NCBI RefSeq assembly: GCF_006345805.1
Contig: NC_043014.1
Location: forward strand, 12,090,001 to 12,154,000
Direction: 5' to 3'
From: Octopus sinensis
Taxonomy: Eukaryota
DNA length: 64,000 nucleotides
The notes under the pieces are model-generated. The model made no database searches and had not been told where the DNA came from. It was given only the letters and a program-made list of their open reading frames with translations. Each line of letters begins with the position of its first letter. Position 1 is the stretch's first letter. Below, piece by piece: positions 1-13,002 of the stretch. The position numbers and the translations under genes are program-made.

Positions 1-884
1 AATACTGCACTAAACTAAACGCAAAAGAAATAGACAAAGAAAGATCCCAGCAATGGTTGAGAAGCTCAGGACTCAAAGCAGAAACAGAGGGATTTTTAAT
101 TGCAGCACAAGACCAAAGCCTCCCCACCAGAAATTACCAAAAACATGTAATGAAAAGAAATATTACAAGTAACTGCAGAATATGGAGATGGACAAGAAAC
201 AATAAATCATATTATCTCTAGCTGCCCAGTCCTGGCTAAGAAGGAATATATTCACAGACATGACAGAGTTGGAACCTACATACACTGGAACTATGCCAAC
301 ATTATGGAATAACAACAGAAAAAAGATGGTATAGGCACACACCAGAAAAGGTACAGAAAACGAGAAAGCAACCATACTCTGGGATATGCCGATACACACA
401 GATAGAGAAATTAAGGCCAACAGACCAGATATAGTTGTCAGAGATCACGAAGAAAAAAAATGCTTTCTAATTGATGTATCAATACCGCAGATGACAACGT
501 GTCTCTAAAAGAAATGGAGAAACTCTCAAAAAATACAAAGACCTGGAAATAGAGGTAACTAGAATGTGGAATCTGAAAACAGAAACAATTCCTATCATAG
601 TAGGTGCATTAGGCATGATAAAAAAATATTCAGACAAGTACATAACAAAACCACCAGGACTTACAAACACATATATCATACAGAAAATTGCACTACTAGG
701 CACTGCACACATCCTACGCAGAGCACTTTCCATACAATAACCATCAGAGCATCACAACAAATCACAGCATATACCCAAGGCACACAGAGCTGCGCTCGGT
801 AGTGAAGTGAAAGCACGCTATAAAAATAAAACTACTGAATAATAATAATAATAATAATAACTATAATAATATTAATGATAATAA
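1..884 (+). mobile_element. 3' end of an R4/Dong-like (RLE-class) non-LTR retrotransposon
   Basis: Frame-corrected translation gives a CCHC knuckle (C..C...ETINHIISSC) and the restriction-like endonuclease motif ANRPDIVV...LIDVSI, ending ALLGTAHILRRALSIQ* at 740. A short 3' UTR and an (AAT)n tail follow. Several single-base frameshifts. Confidence 0.88.
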
Positions 885-1420
885 ATGCTCTCATGCAGTA
901 CCAGGCAACAGCTCTCATGGCTTCTGATCTTAACTGATTCTGTTATCATGTACATTGTTTTGTCTTGGTATAAAAGATGGGCTGCAGCAAATATTCTGCT
1001 CAATACCACAGATTTGCTTGTCAGTTGTTTGACCTTAACCAGTTGGCCATGTCCCTTGGTGGCTGACGATATGTGTATCTCTGACTACGAGCAGAAGTAG
1101 TGGGGGAGCATCATAGCCATTTGTTGAAAGGAATTCTTAGAGGTTTTGATAATTCACATTTGGGTGTTTCGTTCAACATCCTTAAACAATCCTTTTGAGC
1201 GGGATGGGCTACTCGACCAGAAGAAAATTCTAACTGGGCCCCACCTGCAAGTTCATGTGCTGTTTATCTTGATATGAGATCACCATGTTGCGCACATATG
1301 GTTGTGATGCATTTGCCTAGTGTACCCTTATCAGACGGGTAGTCATGATGGGTATATTGGGCTTCGTATATTTTACCAGTGTCACTTTGATGGCATGTAC
1401 TGTTCTCTCACTCAATAATA
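885..1420 (+). repeat. Non-coding interspersed repeat bounded by (AAT)n on both sides
   Basis: About 530 bp with no credible ORF, ending ctctcactc(aat)n. Its terminal ~27 nt recur inverted at 1698-1724. Confidence 0.5.
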
Positions 1421-1434
1421 ATAATAATAATAAT

Positions 1435-1490
<56 letters not shown>

Positions 1491-1600
1491 AAACAACAAC
1501 AACAACAACAACAACAATAATTAATAATAATAAATAATAATAATATTGTTATAGTTCAGAATGGTCATTTTGCCAGTTTAGCCAATAAAAACACACGCAC

Positions 1601-1660
<60 letters not shown>

Positions 1661-1781
1661 AATTATTATTATTATATTATTATTATTATTATTTATTATT
1701 GAGTGAGAGAGCAGTGCATGCCTATTATTATTATTATTATTACTATTATTATTACTATTATTATTACTATTATTATTACTA

Positions 1782-1816
<35 letters not shown>

Positions 1817-1854
1817 ATATTATTATTAATTATTATTAATTATTATTATTATTA

Positions 1855-1890
<36 letters not shown>

Positions 1891-1930
1891 TATTATTATT
1901 ATTATTAATTTTAGTTTTTTATTATTATTA

Positions 1931-1965
<35 letters not shown>

Positions 1966-1990
1966 TATTATTATTATTATTATTATTATT
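1414..1990. repeat. Compound (AAT)/(AAC)/(ATT) microsatellite block with embedded repeat scraps
   Basis: Seen directly. Includes a fragment at ~1545-1603 matching the left arm of the 29038-29310 palindrome. Confidence 0.9.
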
Positions 1991-2359
1991 ATGTGTTTGT
2001 GTGTCTGTCTATATAGAGATGTAGACAGAGAGATCACAAAATGTAATTAATATCAGCCAGAGATAACATTAGCCTAAAGTTGGCAAAAAGCTCTCATCGT
2101 TTACCGACAAATTCTCTTTAAAATTTACGTTTTGGAAGCTTCCTTGCAACTGGTAATCTCCGCCAAAACGCTGAAGGAAAGCCGGCTGTGTTCTCTCCAC
2201 AAATGACGTAACGTACCGCAGATTCTAAACATTAGACTTCTCTTTGATCCTTTCTTTCTTCCTTACTTCCTTTCGTTATTTCTTTCTTCTCTTTATTCCC
2301 CTCTCTCTCCATCACACACACACACACACTCACACACATATACACACTCGCATAATATA

Positions 2360-2542
2360 GGCGCAGGAGTGGCTGTGTGGTAAGTAGCTTGCTAACCAAC
2401 CACATGGTTCCGGGTTCAGTCCCACTGCGTGGCATCTTGGGCAAGTGTCTTCTGCTATAGCCCCGGGCCGACCAAAACCTTGTGAGTGGATTTGGTAGAC
2501 GGAAACTGAAAGAAGCCTGTCGTATATATGTATGTATGTATG

Positions 2543-2631
<89 letters not shown>

Positions 2632-2838
2632 ATCTGTGTTTGTTCCCCTAGCATTGCTTGACAACCGATGCTGGTGTGTTTACGTCCCCGTCACTTAGCG
2701 GTTCGGCAAAAAGAGACCGATAGAATAAGTACTGGGCTTACAAAAAGAATAAATCCCGGGGTCGAGTTGCTCGACTAAAGGCGGTGCTCCAGCATGGCCG
2801 CAGTCAAATGACTGAAACAAGTAAAAGAGTAAAAGAGT
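2360..2838 (+). mobile_element. SINE family A (tRNA head, CORE-like body, internal TA/TG microsatellite, (GTAAAAGA)n tail)
   Basis: A/B-box-like head, CORE-like CTTGGGCAAGTGTCTTC, and many near-identical copies in the window. Confidence 0.9.
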
Positions 2839-3125
2839 ATACATACGGAGTGAATATATTAATAAAGTAACTGCTTACGTTCGTAAAGAAGAATTATTTG
2901 CGAAATAATATTCAACACAGTTTCGTGCCAGGTAATATCAGCCTCACATCTCTCTTATACAGCATTCTGATTGGTTACTGAGAAGTAGCTGCTTAACCTT
3001 CTAAAGGTAGATTTCATAGATCTTCAAGTCAACCTCAGGAAGTTCATCACACAAGATGTCATATGTTATGTGATATCAGCAAAGATGAGAAACTACGAGA
3101 GTAGCTGCTGAACTTTTTAAGAGAT

Positions 3126-3313
3126 GGCGCAGGAGTGGCTGTGTGGTAAGTAGATTGCTAACCAACCACATGGTTCCGGGTTCAGTCCCACTGCGTGGCA
3201 CCTTGGGCAAGTGTCTTCTGCTATAGCCCCGGGCCGACCAATGCCTTGTGAGTGGATTTGGTAGACGGAAACTGAAAGAAGCCTGTCGTATATATGTATA
3301 TATATATATATAT

Positions 3314-3389
<76 letters not shown>

Positions 3390-3612
3390 TGTTTGTCCCC
3401 TAGTATTGCTTGACAACCGATGCTGGTGTGTTTACGTCCCTGTCACTTAGCGGTTTGGCAAAAGAGGCCGATAGAATAAGTACTTGGCTTACAAAAACAA
3501 TAAGTCCCGGTGTCGAGTTGCTCGATTAAAGGCGGTGCTCCAGCATGGCCGCAGTCAAATGACTGAAACAAGTAAAAGAGTAAAAGAGTAAAAGAGTAAA
3601 AGAGTAAAGAGT
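3126..3612 (+). mobile_element. SINE family A
   Basis: Full copy colinear with 2360-2838. Confidence 0.9.
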
Positions 3613-3759
3613 ATGGCAAATTATAGCAGCCAACGGTGTTCTTTCATAAAATTTTAGACTTCTGAGCGGAGTATCTCTGGGACCAATTTTTAGGTAGTTA
3701 CTCTTTATAATAACTTTCTCACGCATCTCCTTAATGGGACAAACAGCCTCTCGATTTAC

Positions 3760-5385
3760 TAGGATGTTGGCTAATGATTTTTGGCAATTTATATCCCCAT
3801 GAAATATCATTAATTTGAAACAACTTTTTGGCCAATCGTTGCTGAACTGTTTATTTTTTATTTTCGTACGTAATATATAGACATTAAATGTTCATTCTTT
3901 ATTTTACAGGTTTGATAAAGAGTGGTGAAAAAAATTGCAATAAGTGCGATTTTACCCTACCTGAAGAAAAAAATGGGACTACTAAGGGCAAGGACAGCGG
4001 CAAAAGAAATTAATGATGCGGAAGCCACAGGAACATTCAACGAAAATGTGGCTCAATACTTCTTTAGACGTTTCGAGGAAGATGACACCAGCCTCGAAGA
4101 CAAACCAAGGTCAGGGAGACTTTTGTTGTGGAAGATGAGGCCGTGTTTGAAACGGTTGAACAACAGCTAAACATAAGAACTCGTACATTGTCGGCAGAAC
4201 TTGGTCTTTCACAAAGCACCATCAATTAGCACTTTCATAAGCTTAGCCTTGTAAACAGACGCCGTCGAAAAGCTCCTCGTGAACTGACCATTGATCTGGC
4301 TCAACGACGTGTGAACATTTGCAAATAACTGGCAGATCCTTGAATGCCCGTTTTCTTGAGATCGAATTGGGGTTGAAAAATGAACCTATTTTCGCAGTCT
4401 TAATAAGAAAAATCAGTGGCTTCGTTCCGGCCAAGCTTCAGAACCTATATTCAAACAAAAGCGGTTTGAACAGAAGCTCGTGTTGTGTAATTGGAGGAAT
4501 TTCAAGGAAGTATTGCGTTTTGGGCTTTTCCAGATGGTCATACTGTGAGCATTAACTCAACAACAGAGAATATATAATGCTTTGAAAACCCGCTGCCCGA
4601 CATTGGTCAATCGAAGATATGCACTCCTAAAGCATGACAATGCCCCAGTATACGAGCAATGTGACCAGTGAAAACTTGAGGGACTGGAAGTGCTGCCTCA
4701 CCCTGCCTACAGTACATAAAACTGTACTATCGAATTTCCACTTTTTCCGAGCTGCACGGACGATGGTTCAATAATGTGGATGAAGCTGAGGTGTAAGTTG
4801 CTTTGGCCAATAAGCCAGTCAAATCGTATAAGCGTAGAATTAAGCTTCCGACACAACAATGGAAACTGACAATAGAATATGAGAGAATATAATCTTTATA
4901 TATAAAAGAAAGGTTGTGTGTCTGTCTCCTACGATTTAGGTTCCTAACTACTCCCACATTTTGCGGTGCAATTTAACCAAAACCGGGTATCTTATAGTCG
5001 TGATTCATATCAAGCCCTTCTGGGTATTAGCGCGCGTCTACGATGAGTCTACGATTTTAAAAATAATTTACCATCATTTTTTTCCATTTTAATGCATATT
5101 TTTTAAATATAAGGGAAGTAACTCTCTAAAAATGTCTACGATGAGTCAACGATATAAAAAAAATTTACCATAACTTTTTTCCATTTTTAATGCATTTTTT
5201 GCTATTTTTTGGCTATAACTCTCTAAAAATGCTTTATAGTTATTTCCCTTACAAACCCGAGCAACGCTGAGCGATACTGCTAGTAGAATATATTTTGATA
5301 AATAAACGCTTTTCGTATATAATTTGTTTGAGTTATTAATCAATGCTTTAAATACGAAAAGACTTTTGAGTCAACTGGGTAGTTA
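3760..5385 (+). pseudogene. Degenerate mariner transposon (transposase ~3950-4890) interrupted by a Helitron
   Basis: LEDKPRSGR, HDNAPV (4633) and HPAYS (4699, variant of HPPYSPDL), with stops and frameshifts. Weak TIR similarity at ~3760 and ~5385; the ends are uncertain. Confidence 0.8.
4893..5283 (+). mobile_element. Non-autonomous Helitron
   Basis: A|TC start, subterminal GC-rich hairpin-like cccgagcaacgctgagc, CTAG|T end, no TSD. Second copy at 53323. Confidence 0.85.
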
Positions 5386-5399
5386 TGATGGTGGTGCAA

Positions 5400-6045
5400 G
5401 ATAATATGGAAGGGAAATCAAATGTCTCGATGAATGTCAGAATGCTTTTGAAAAATTTCAATACTATGCACAAATGGGCTGATGAAAACAAGATGTTATT
5501 TAACACTGAAAGTTTAAAGCAATTTCAGCACAATGCAACCAATATACACGGCGACCGGAAGAGACTACAACCCCAGATTCACAATGGGTGTGTAACCCTG
5601 CCAATTACAGTGAGTGACGATGCATCTTTTTATTGTGCATACAATTAAGATGGCAACAACATATTGCTGACTGGCAGGATGTATTCTGAGAACATTTAGA
5701 ATAAGAGAATAATAAGCAATACTGGTTTTATAGAGAACGTTTTCTCAGTCAATGCAAATTATTTCTCGCAGCTGTGATTAACATTTCGTGTCAAGTTTAC
5801 TACAGAACTTGAAGTAATCTTATGTTCCTATAGCATGAAAATTGTCTTCATGAAGCAAATGGGCAACTGAGGGAGGTTGAAAGTGTTCTGACTCTATTTC
5901 GTGGACGGCAGAAGGGAAAGATATGTGGAAGATGTTAGAAGTCTGGCATCAAATCTCGTTACTGAGAGCTATGCAAACATCCGAATTGGATAACAGTTGC
6001 AGACAGTCGAAAGTTTTAACAGTTGCCGAGACCTAGTATTGTAAT
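5400..6045 (+). mobile_element. Highly degraded CR1/L2-type LINE, post-RT region
   Basis: KWADENKMLFN motif typical of the segment after the RT catalytic core, plus downstream C-terminal-like remnants broken by many stops. Confidence 0.55.
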
Positions 6046-6176
6046 AAATTGTGTGGCAAATAGCCACAGATTTTCAGAAATTGTGTGACAAATGGCCACA
6101 GATTTTCAGAAATTGTGTGACAAATGGGCACAGATTTTCGGAAATTGTGTCACAAATGGCCACAGATTTTCGGAAA
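6046..6176. repeat. 32-bp minisatellite, 4 copies
   Basis: Unit AAATTGTGTGRCAAATGGCCACAGATTTTCRG starting at 6046, 6078, 6110 and 6142. Confidence 0.95.
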
Positions 6177-6427
6177 ACGCAAAAGCTTTATATGGAGTCG
6201 ATATTAACACACAAACAGCAATTCAACTTTCTGCTGTGAAAGATCAGAAGTAAACAAACATCAAAGCAAGAAGCACATACGAGAGCAACGATATCAACAT
6301 TATTCTCTCAAGAAATGCCGACAATGGAAAGAAATCTAAAGCAGCATTAATGGTGGAGCTTCACGATGGCCACAAAACTTGTGTGTATGTGTGTGTATGT
6401 GTGTGCGCGCACACTCATGTGTGTATG

Positions 6428-6845
6428 TATTTCTTTATATTTCTTTATTGCCCACAAGGGGCTAAACATAGAGAGGACAAACAAGGACAGGCAAAGGGAT
6501 TAAGTCGATTACATCGACACCAGTGCGTAACTTGTACTTTATTCATCGATCCCGAAAGGATGAAAGGCAAAGTCGACCTCGGCGGAATTTGAACTCAGAA
6601 CGTAACCTCAGACGAAATATCTATTTCTTTATTACCCACAAGGGGCCAAACACAGAGAGGACAAACAAGGACAGAAAAAGGGATTCAGTCGATTACATCG
6701 ACCCCAGCGCATAACTAATACTTTATTCATCGGCCCCGAAGTTATGAAAGTCGACCTCGGCGGAATTTGAACTCAGAACGTAACGGCAGACGAAATATCG
6801 CTTAGCATTTCGCCCGGCGCGCTAACGTTTCTGCCAGCTCGCCGT
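6428..6845 (-). mobile_element. SINE family B, head plus two tandem body units
   Basis: tRNA-like head (TGGCAGAA..GTTAG; GAGTTCAAATTCC) and conserved central domain GTCGACTTTGCCTTTCATCCTTTCGGG (Meta/MESC-like, from recall). Internal junction at ~6620. Confidence 0.9.
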
Positions 6846-7259
6846 GTCTGTATGTATATGTATGTATACATGCATGTATATATGTGTGTTTGTGTGGCGG
6901 GGTGGGGGGGATCGATTGCAAGACTCGTTAGAGAGTCAGACAAAATTAACCAACGTGAAACGACGTGAAACAACGTGAATCGACGTGAAACAATGCTGAA
7001 ACGAAGAACATTGCTCATAAGACACAAAACAGCAGCAGCCGGTCGAAGAGTTGAACGCACGGCTTTATGTTCATGAGCCGAAGACAGAACAAAAGCACCG
7101 AAACACCGCCAAAATGGTAGTTCTTAAACCAGGTGGCGGATGATACCAACCAACCAACCAACCACTAAATTGAGGTTAGACGCTTTCTTGTTTCACAAAA
7201 TTCGTACGTGTAGTACCAGCCTGATGCTATCAACGTTTAATGGTCTTTTTAAAATATAT

Positions 7260-7329
7260 TTACATATATATAAGTTTAAATATGTATACTTATGTATGTA
7301 TGAATGCATGTGTGTATATATATATATTA

Positions 7330-7417
<88 letters not shown>

Positions 7418-7503
7418 TGTGTATGTATATATATGTATATATATATGTATATATATATATATGTGTGTATATATATATATATATGTACATATATATATAT
7501 GTG

Positions 7504-7557
<54 letters not shown>

Positions 7558-7668
7558 CTATATATATATATATGTGTGTATATATATATGTATATAATAT
7601 GTATATATATATATATATGTATATATATGTATGTATATGTATATATATATATATATGTATATATATAT

Positions 7669-7705
<37 letters not shown>

Positions 7706-7753
7706 ATACACATATATATGTATGTATATATATACACAGACACACATATATAC

Positions 7754-7790
<37 letters not shown>
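7260..7790. repeat. Degenerate (TA)/(TG) microsatellite
   Basis: Seen directly; source of the IY-rich pseudo-ORFs. Confidence 0.95.
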
Positions 7791-8149
7791 CACATTGTTT
7801 TGTTTTTCTTTCTTTTCTTCAACATAAGAGAAGAAATCCCCCTTTTTTTTAGAAAAATAAAGTAGTTCATTTATTTATTTATTTATTTATTAAATTTATT
7901 TGTTTTGGGTTTCTTTTGTTTGTTCGTTTTCTTTGTTCATTTGTTTGTTTTGTTGTTGTTGTTGTTGTTTTTTCGTAAGTTCCAACCACCAAAGATACAT
8001 AATGAGAAACAGGTGCCATTTTCTAGATGTTTCTAACATATTTGTCCTCTCTTCATTAACTTCAAAGCTGTCAGTGAAGAACTTTAATAAGCAAGACAAA
8101 AGAAAAAAAAAGGCAGGAATTCTCTTGAAGCTTTTGCACCGTTTTCCTT

Positions 8150-8152
8150 CCG

Positions 8153-8219
<67 letters not shown>

Positions 8220-8371
8220 TGCTTTTATCTTCTTTTACTCTCGTTGCATGTCATTATTTTCTTCTTTTTTTTTTTCAAATATTTTTCACTCCGTAACTTT
8301 AGTTCGTTTTACTATTTTCAAGATGAAAAAACTATGCTGTTGTTCATATTTTTGTTGAGGCTTCTGCTATC

Positions 8372-8421
<50 letters not shown>

Positions 8422-8538
8422 TATTATTACTATTATTATTATCATTATTATTATTATTATTATATTATTATTATTATTATTATTATTATTATCATCATCA
8501 TCATCATCATCATCTCATCATCATCATCATCATCATCA

Positions 8539-8575
<37 letters not shown>

Positions 8576-8652
8576 CATCATCATTATTATCATTATTATT
8601 ATTACTATTATTATTACTATTATTATTATTATCATTATTATTACTACTATTA

Positions 8653-8683
<31 letters not shown>

Positions 8684-8936
8684 CTATTATTATTATTATA
8701 TTATTATCATTATTATTATTATTACTATTATTATTATTACTATTAATATTATTATTACTATTATTATTACTATTATTATTATTATTATTATTACTATTAT
8801 TATTATTATTATTATTATCATTATTATTGTTATTATTACATTATTATTATTATTATTATTATTACTATTATATTATTATTATTATCATTATTATTATTAT
8901 TATTATTACTATTATTATTATTATTATTATTATTAC

Positions 8937-8969
<33 letters not shown>

Positions 8970-8973
8970 GATG

Positions 8974-9011
<38 letters not shown>

Positions 9012-9045
9012 TATTATTATTACTATTATTATTATTATTATAGTT
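8150..9045. repeat. (ATT)/(ATC)/(ACT) trinucleotide block
   Basis: Seen directly; source of the poly-L/I/Y pseudo-ORFs. Confidence 0.95.
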
Positions 9046-9445
9046 CTTGTTGTTCTTCATTGCCGTACTTCAACATGCTTTAGAACCTCCGTAGGTTCGT
9101 TCTCTTGTTTTCCTTTCCATATGATTGTATTTGTTGTTAATTGTACCACACTGTATTTGTTGAACGGTCCAGGATTGTAGAAACTGGCCAGCCCATTTTA
9201 TTAATCGTCCCACAGGGGAAGAAAATTGAGGAAAACGTCGCTTTATCAAATTAAATCAAAATTTTCAAAATAGCCTTCACGCTTTTGTCTTTGCTGCACG
9301 GCAAAACAAAAAGACATAAGTGGGAGATAACTTTGAAAGTAAAACTTTCGTTCGCAGGTAACACATCTCTCCACACATCATAGGTGTAATAATGAGCAAC
9401 AACAGCAGCAGCTGTATCAATAGCAACAACAACAGCAGCAGCAGT

Positions 9446-9724
9446 GGAGGCGCAATGGCCCAGTGGTTAGGGCAGCGGACTCGCGGTCGTAAGAACGCAG
9501 TTTCGATACCCAGACCGGGCATTGTGAATGTTTATTGAGAAAAAACACCTAAGTTCCACGAGGCTCCGGCAGGGGTGGTGGTGAACCCCACTGTACTCTT
9601 TCGCCACGACTTTCATTCTTTCTTCTGTTGGCCTGCTCGCTTATTTGAAGGCTAAAACAATGCAAAGCGCAGTGTGACCAGCGATGTGTAACAGCAGCAT
9701 GGTCGGTCACGGTGATCACGGTGG

Positions 9725-9725
<1 letters not shown>
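9446..9725 (+). mobile_element. SINE family C (tRNA head, tail ending GGTCACGGTGATCACGGTGGT)
   Basis: A-box TGGCCCAGTGG and B-box GTTTCGATACC. Inverted relative at 42222-42532. Confidence 0.85.
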
Positions 9726-9760
<35 letters not shown>

Positions 9761-9763
<3 letters not shown>

Positions 9764-10362
9764 GTACATATGTACATATATATACAAGTTTTCATTGTTT
9801 CCGTCAACCAAATTCACTTATTAGCCATTAGTTAATTCGGCGATATAGCAGAAGACACTTACCCCAAGGTTCCGTGTGGTGGGACTAAACCCGAAACCAC
9901 GTGGCTGCAAAGCTAGCTTCTTAACTACGCAGCCATACCTGCGCGTTTTTCTTTAAACTATTTAGATAGCTTTATTATGTCTGTATTATTTTTACATTTT
10001 TGCTGTAATCACCTTCTTCGTTGATTATGTGCCAAAAGGTGCGTAAGAATATATATATATATATCCCGTACATATGTACATATATATACAAGTTTTCATT
10101 GTTTCCGTCAACCAAATTCACTTATTAGCCATTAGTTAATTCGGCGATATAGCAGAAGACACTTACCCCAAGGTTCCGTGTGGTGGGACTAAACCCGAAA
10201 CCACGTGGCTGCAAAGCTAGCTTCTTAACTACGCAGCCATACCTGCGCGTTTTTCTTTAAACTATTTAGATAGCTTTATTATGTCTGTATTATTTTTACA
10301 TTTTTGCTGTAATCACCTTCTTCGTTGATTATGTGCCAAAAGGTGCGTAAGAATATATATAT
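9761..10362. repeat. 304-bp direct tandem duplication
   Basis: cccgtacata at 9761 and 10065. The copies look identical by eye and the junction lies in (TA)n. Confidence 0.9.
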
Positions 10363-10664
10363 ACGTGAGTATGTGTGTGTGTGCATGTGTGTCTCTGTGC
10401 GTGGATATATGTGCGTATGGATATGTATATATGTGATGTTTCTGTGAGTGTGTGTGTGTATATATGCTGCTTGTGCATTTACGAGGAAAATCCTGTTCTG
10501 TATGGCCTTTCCAAGTGATTGTGTTTTCCTATGGCCGTGTTTGTTTAAGTTTTGAGATATTTGATCCTGAGCGGGAGCAGCCATGGCTGTGTGATTAAGA
10601 AGCTCGCTCTACAATCGCATGGTTTCGGGTTCAGTCTCACTGCCTAGCACCTTGGATTAGTATA

Positions 10665-11082
10665 TATTTCTTTCTTGCCCACAGAGGGGCTAAACATAGA
10701 GAGAACAAACAAGGACAGACAAAGGGATTAAGTCGATTACATCGACCCCAGTGCGAAACTGGTACTTAATTTATCGAGCCCGAAAGGATGAAAGGCAAAG
10801 TCGACCTCGGCGGAATTTGAACTCAGAACGTAACGGCAGACGAAATACCTATTTCGTTACTACCCACAAGGGGCTAAACACAGAGAGGACAAACAAGGAC
10901 AGACAAACAGATTAAGTCGATTATATCGACCCAGTGCGTAACTGGTACTTATTTAATCGACCCCAAAAGGATGACAGGCAAAGTCGACCTCAGCGGAATC
11001 TGAACTCAGAACGTAACGGCAGACGAAATACCGCTAAGCATTTCGTCCGGCGCGCTAATGATTCTGCCAGCTCGCCGCCTTG
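10665..11082 (-). mobile_element. SINE family B dimer nested in an old family A SINE
   Basis: Flanked by a 16-bp TSD, ACCTTGGATYAGTATA (10649-10664 and 11083-11098). The host SINE resumes on both sides (10573-10664 and 11083-11180). Confidence 0.9.
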
Positions 11083-12094
11083 ACCTTGGATCAGTATAGT
11101 CTACCGTTGCATCAGATGCCTAATGCCTTTGAAGTGAATTTGGTAGACGAACACTGTATAAAAACCTGTCGTATATTAGCACATACAGATACATATATAT
11201 CAGTTGAGCACCCCGTATTAAGAGAATTTGGCTATAAATGTCCAACGATCAGATGTCAGTAAATGTAAGTAGAACACAAATAGAAAAAATGGAAGGCTGA
11301 CCGCGGAACACGGACCCTTCTGTGAATCTATACATTTTCTGCAAACATGACAAACGTTATACCACTGGAAGCCGTCCAAGAATTTGGACCTGGAGATCTC
11401 CATTTCCAGCGACTTCGAGGGCCACCTCCCAATGGTGTCGGGCGTCAACGAAGAGCCCTCGACTACAAGACGACCAAAGTTTTTTTTTCCAAGGTCTGAG
11501 GTATCCCGCCCCTAAGCCCTAGACCATCACCTAATCACCCTTACCCGTCTTGTTGCTTAACAACAACAATACCACTGGAAGAAAGCAATCCTTTGAATTT
11601 TTCTATCCAATTAAGAAACTGTGTTCTTACCAATCTTCGACCTTTACTATCCAAAATAATTTTTTCAAACCAATATTTACACTCTATTATTTATGGCTTT
11701 ATCTCCTTCGAGTTCAACCGTTAGAGACAAATTATTTCTCGTTCTCCCTAAGTCTCTAAATTCTTAAAATGTAAATATATCATATTCATATTCTAACTAG
11801 TGATAACATTATATAAACCCTACAACAGAAGGCGAATCACGCGAATATTGCTTTCACTGTAACGATACTCTAGATAACACCAAATAGGCCCTATCAAGTT
11901 TAACTGTCAGAATTGCACTTATAAACATTATATTTGGTAATTCAAGAATATTATCCACTCTCTTATCTTAATGGGGTCATAGATTGATATCTTTTGTTGT
12001 AGTCACTCAACCAACATCAGTTAGACAGCTTCTGTACTGTTTCAGACACCCAAATGCTTTGTTTTATTATTATTATTATTATTATTTTATTTAT

Positions 12095-12404
12095 TTATGC
12101 GCCCTTTTCAAGCCTAGCCAGGCTCATGAGCCCGGTTTCCCGGTTCCTGTGGCGTATGTGTCCCCTCCCCAGCTGGACGGGACGCCAGTCCATCGCAGCG
12201 TTACTCAAGAAACAGGAAGAGAGAAAGTGAGAGAAATTTGGGGCGAAAGAGTAGAACAGGGGTCGCCACAACCCCCTACCAGAGCCTCGTGGAGCTTTAG
12301 GTGTCTTCGTTCAATAAACACACACAACGCCCGGTCTGGGAATCGAAACCGCGATCCTCCGACCGCGAGTCCACTGCCCTAACCACTGGTCCATTGCGCC
12401 TCCA
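12095..12404 (-). mobile_element. SINE family C with V-domain-like 3' module
   Basis: Same head as 9446. Tail contains CTGCGATGGACTGGCGTCCCGTCCAG and ends AAAAGGGCGCAT(AAAT)n. Confidence 0.85.
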
Positions 12405-12406
12405 CA

Positions 12407-12437
<31 letters not shown>

Positions 12438-12923
12438 TTTTCTTGAGCCATGGGACTAACAAGGCCAATTAACCGTCTTCAATGACGTATGACTAAATCA
12501 ACATTACAACAATCTTCTTTAACGGGACCCTGATCCGTCGTAAGGTTGAATGCCAGTAGTAATTTTGAGGGGAGAAGACAAGTCGATTACATCAATCCCA
12601 GTATTTCACTGGTACTTTATTTTATCGACTCTGAAAGGATGCAAGGAAAAGTTGACCTAGTCGGGATTTGAACTCAGAACGTAAAATATCCGGGTGAAAC
12701 GCCACTGAGCATTTTTTCCGACGTTCTCACAATTCTGCCAGATAGCCACCTCACACAGCCAAATATCACACTGAAATTTTATATTTATGATTTAGATAAA
12801 ACGCCAAAATATAAATGTAATATGCTATATTTATATGTATGATATTCATATGTACGGTCAATGATAGAAAAAAAAAAGAGAGAGAAACCAAGATTTGGTG
12901 TAATTGGTAGTACGATAACCCTA

Positions 12924-13002
<79 letters not shown>

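Noticed and set aside
885-940. HDV-like ribozyme at the start of the 530-bp element
   Set aside because: A P3/L3-like GC-TCTCATG-GCT is present, but no P1 partner or P1.1 could be found.
9255-9300. Strong acceptor (ctttttgttttgccgtgcag) giving a terminal AKTKA*
   Set aside because: Possible last exon, but indistinguishable from alternatives such as ~2120-2172 (AFWRRLPVARKLPKRKF*) without transcript data.
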